DNA from: Chara braunii | Lineage: Eukaryota > Plantae > Charophyceae | Direction of reading: 5' to 3' | Assembly (NCBI GenBank): GCA_003427395.1 | Contig: BFEA01000027.1 | Location: 1,249,536-1,301,100 of the forward strand | DNA: 51,565 nucleotides | Shown: piece after piece, positions 50,969 to 51,565 of the stretch | Position numbering within the stretch: position 1 is the stretch's first letter | Layout of the letters: each line of letters begins with the position of its first letter | Made by a program: the position numbers and the translations under genes | Notes under the pieces: generated by a model | What the model saw: the letters and a program-made list of their open reading frames with translations, nothing else | Told to the model about the DNA's origin: nothing | Databases searched by the model: none

Positions 50969-51565
50969 ATGGGGGAGGATAGAGTTTGTATAGCCGACGA
51001 AGCGGTAGTCGTCGGAGGGGATGGTGGAGAAGAAGGGGGGGGGAGGTTTCTGCGGAGTAGCAAGGGAGGTGAGGACAGCGATGACGGAGTCGGGGCGGAG
51101 GAGTTGGTGCGGCAACTTCGAGAGAAACTGGCGATGGTCGAAGCGAAGAACGTCGCCTATGTTAAATTTCTGCGCAAGCTGGAAGAAGATCCTGGACCGC
51201 TGATGTGTGTGAGGTGTCAGGCGGAGGTGCGGAAGCGCCTGAGAATGCGACGAGAGGGGGAGTGCGCGGAGGAGGGGGAGGGGGAGGGGGAGGGGGGGGA
51301 TTGGTCGGCGGAAGCGAACGTGGTCCCGCCGACCATGGAGGCCAGCGAGGGAGGTCAAGCGGACAGTGGTAAGGCGGGGAAAGGTACGCGGCAGAGCGGG
51401 GAAGACCTCAGAGATAATCGCGACGGCAAAAACGCGGCAGCGAAGGACGAGAATCGGGGAAACGGAGGAGTAGGAGGAGGGGAGGTGGTGGAGGAGGTGG
51501 TATCACACCTTCGCGGCGACGACGGGGGGGTTGATGGGGGTGTTCGGGCTTCTGGTGAAGGAGGA
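50969..51565 (+). CDS. 5' part of a probable gene running off the window (>=199 aa; Gly/Glu-rich, short coiled coil, CxxC)
   Basis: ATG at 50969 with no stop to the window end, so absent from the ORF track. MGEDRVCIADEAV...EELVRQLREKLAMVEAKNVAYVKFLRKLEEDPGPLMCVRCQAEVRKRL. Preceded by a (GA)n tract, as is the other gene. Confidence 0.55.
   Translation, partial: MGEDRVCIADEAVVVGGDGGEEGGGRFLRSSKGGEDSDDGVGAEELVRQLREKLAMVEAKNVAYVKFLRKLEEDPGPLMCVRCQAEVRKRLRMRREGECAEEGEGEGEGGDWSAEANVVPPTMEASEGGQADSGKAGKGTRQSGEDLRDNRDGKNAAAKDENRGNGGVGGGEVVEEVVSHLRGDDGGVDGGVRASGEGG

Overview
Repeat-rich eukaryotic nuclear DNA from a draft short-read assembly, with 4 N-gaps and 2 Nextera mate-pair adapters left in. 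A plant-type host gene and a plastid petB fragment point to a streptophyte; a Chara-like alga is my inference. The highlight is a ~9.6-kb minus-strand Penelope-like retroelement (PLE) at 2663-12200. Its decayed Naiad/Chlamys-type RT ORF has a CxC linker, DKA motif, long insertion-in-fingers, a probable intron and no visible GIY-YIG endonuclease. It lies between two ~2.55-kb direct repeats, each carrying a putative promoter, a full type I hammerhead ribozyme with a loop-II/stem-I pseudoknot, and two small membrane-peptide ORFs. Every module boundary is a (CA)n tract. The PLE sits inside a tRNA-headed SINE-like retroposon, which in turn interrupts an (AG)n-associated dispersed repeat. The window also holds a conserved plant gene (AT2G25670/AT4G32610-like) with a ~9.5-kb repeat-filled intron, a 5'-truncated L1-like LINE with a 7-bp target-site duplication (TSD), nested hAT-type and Harbinger-type MITEs, and the 5' end of a probable gene running off the right edge.
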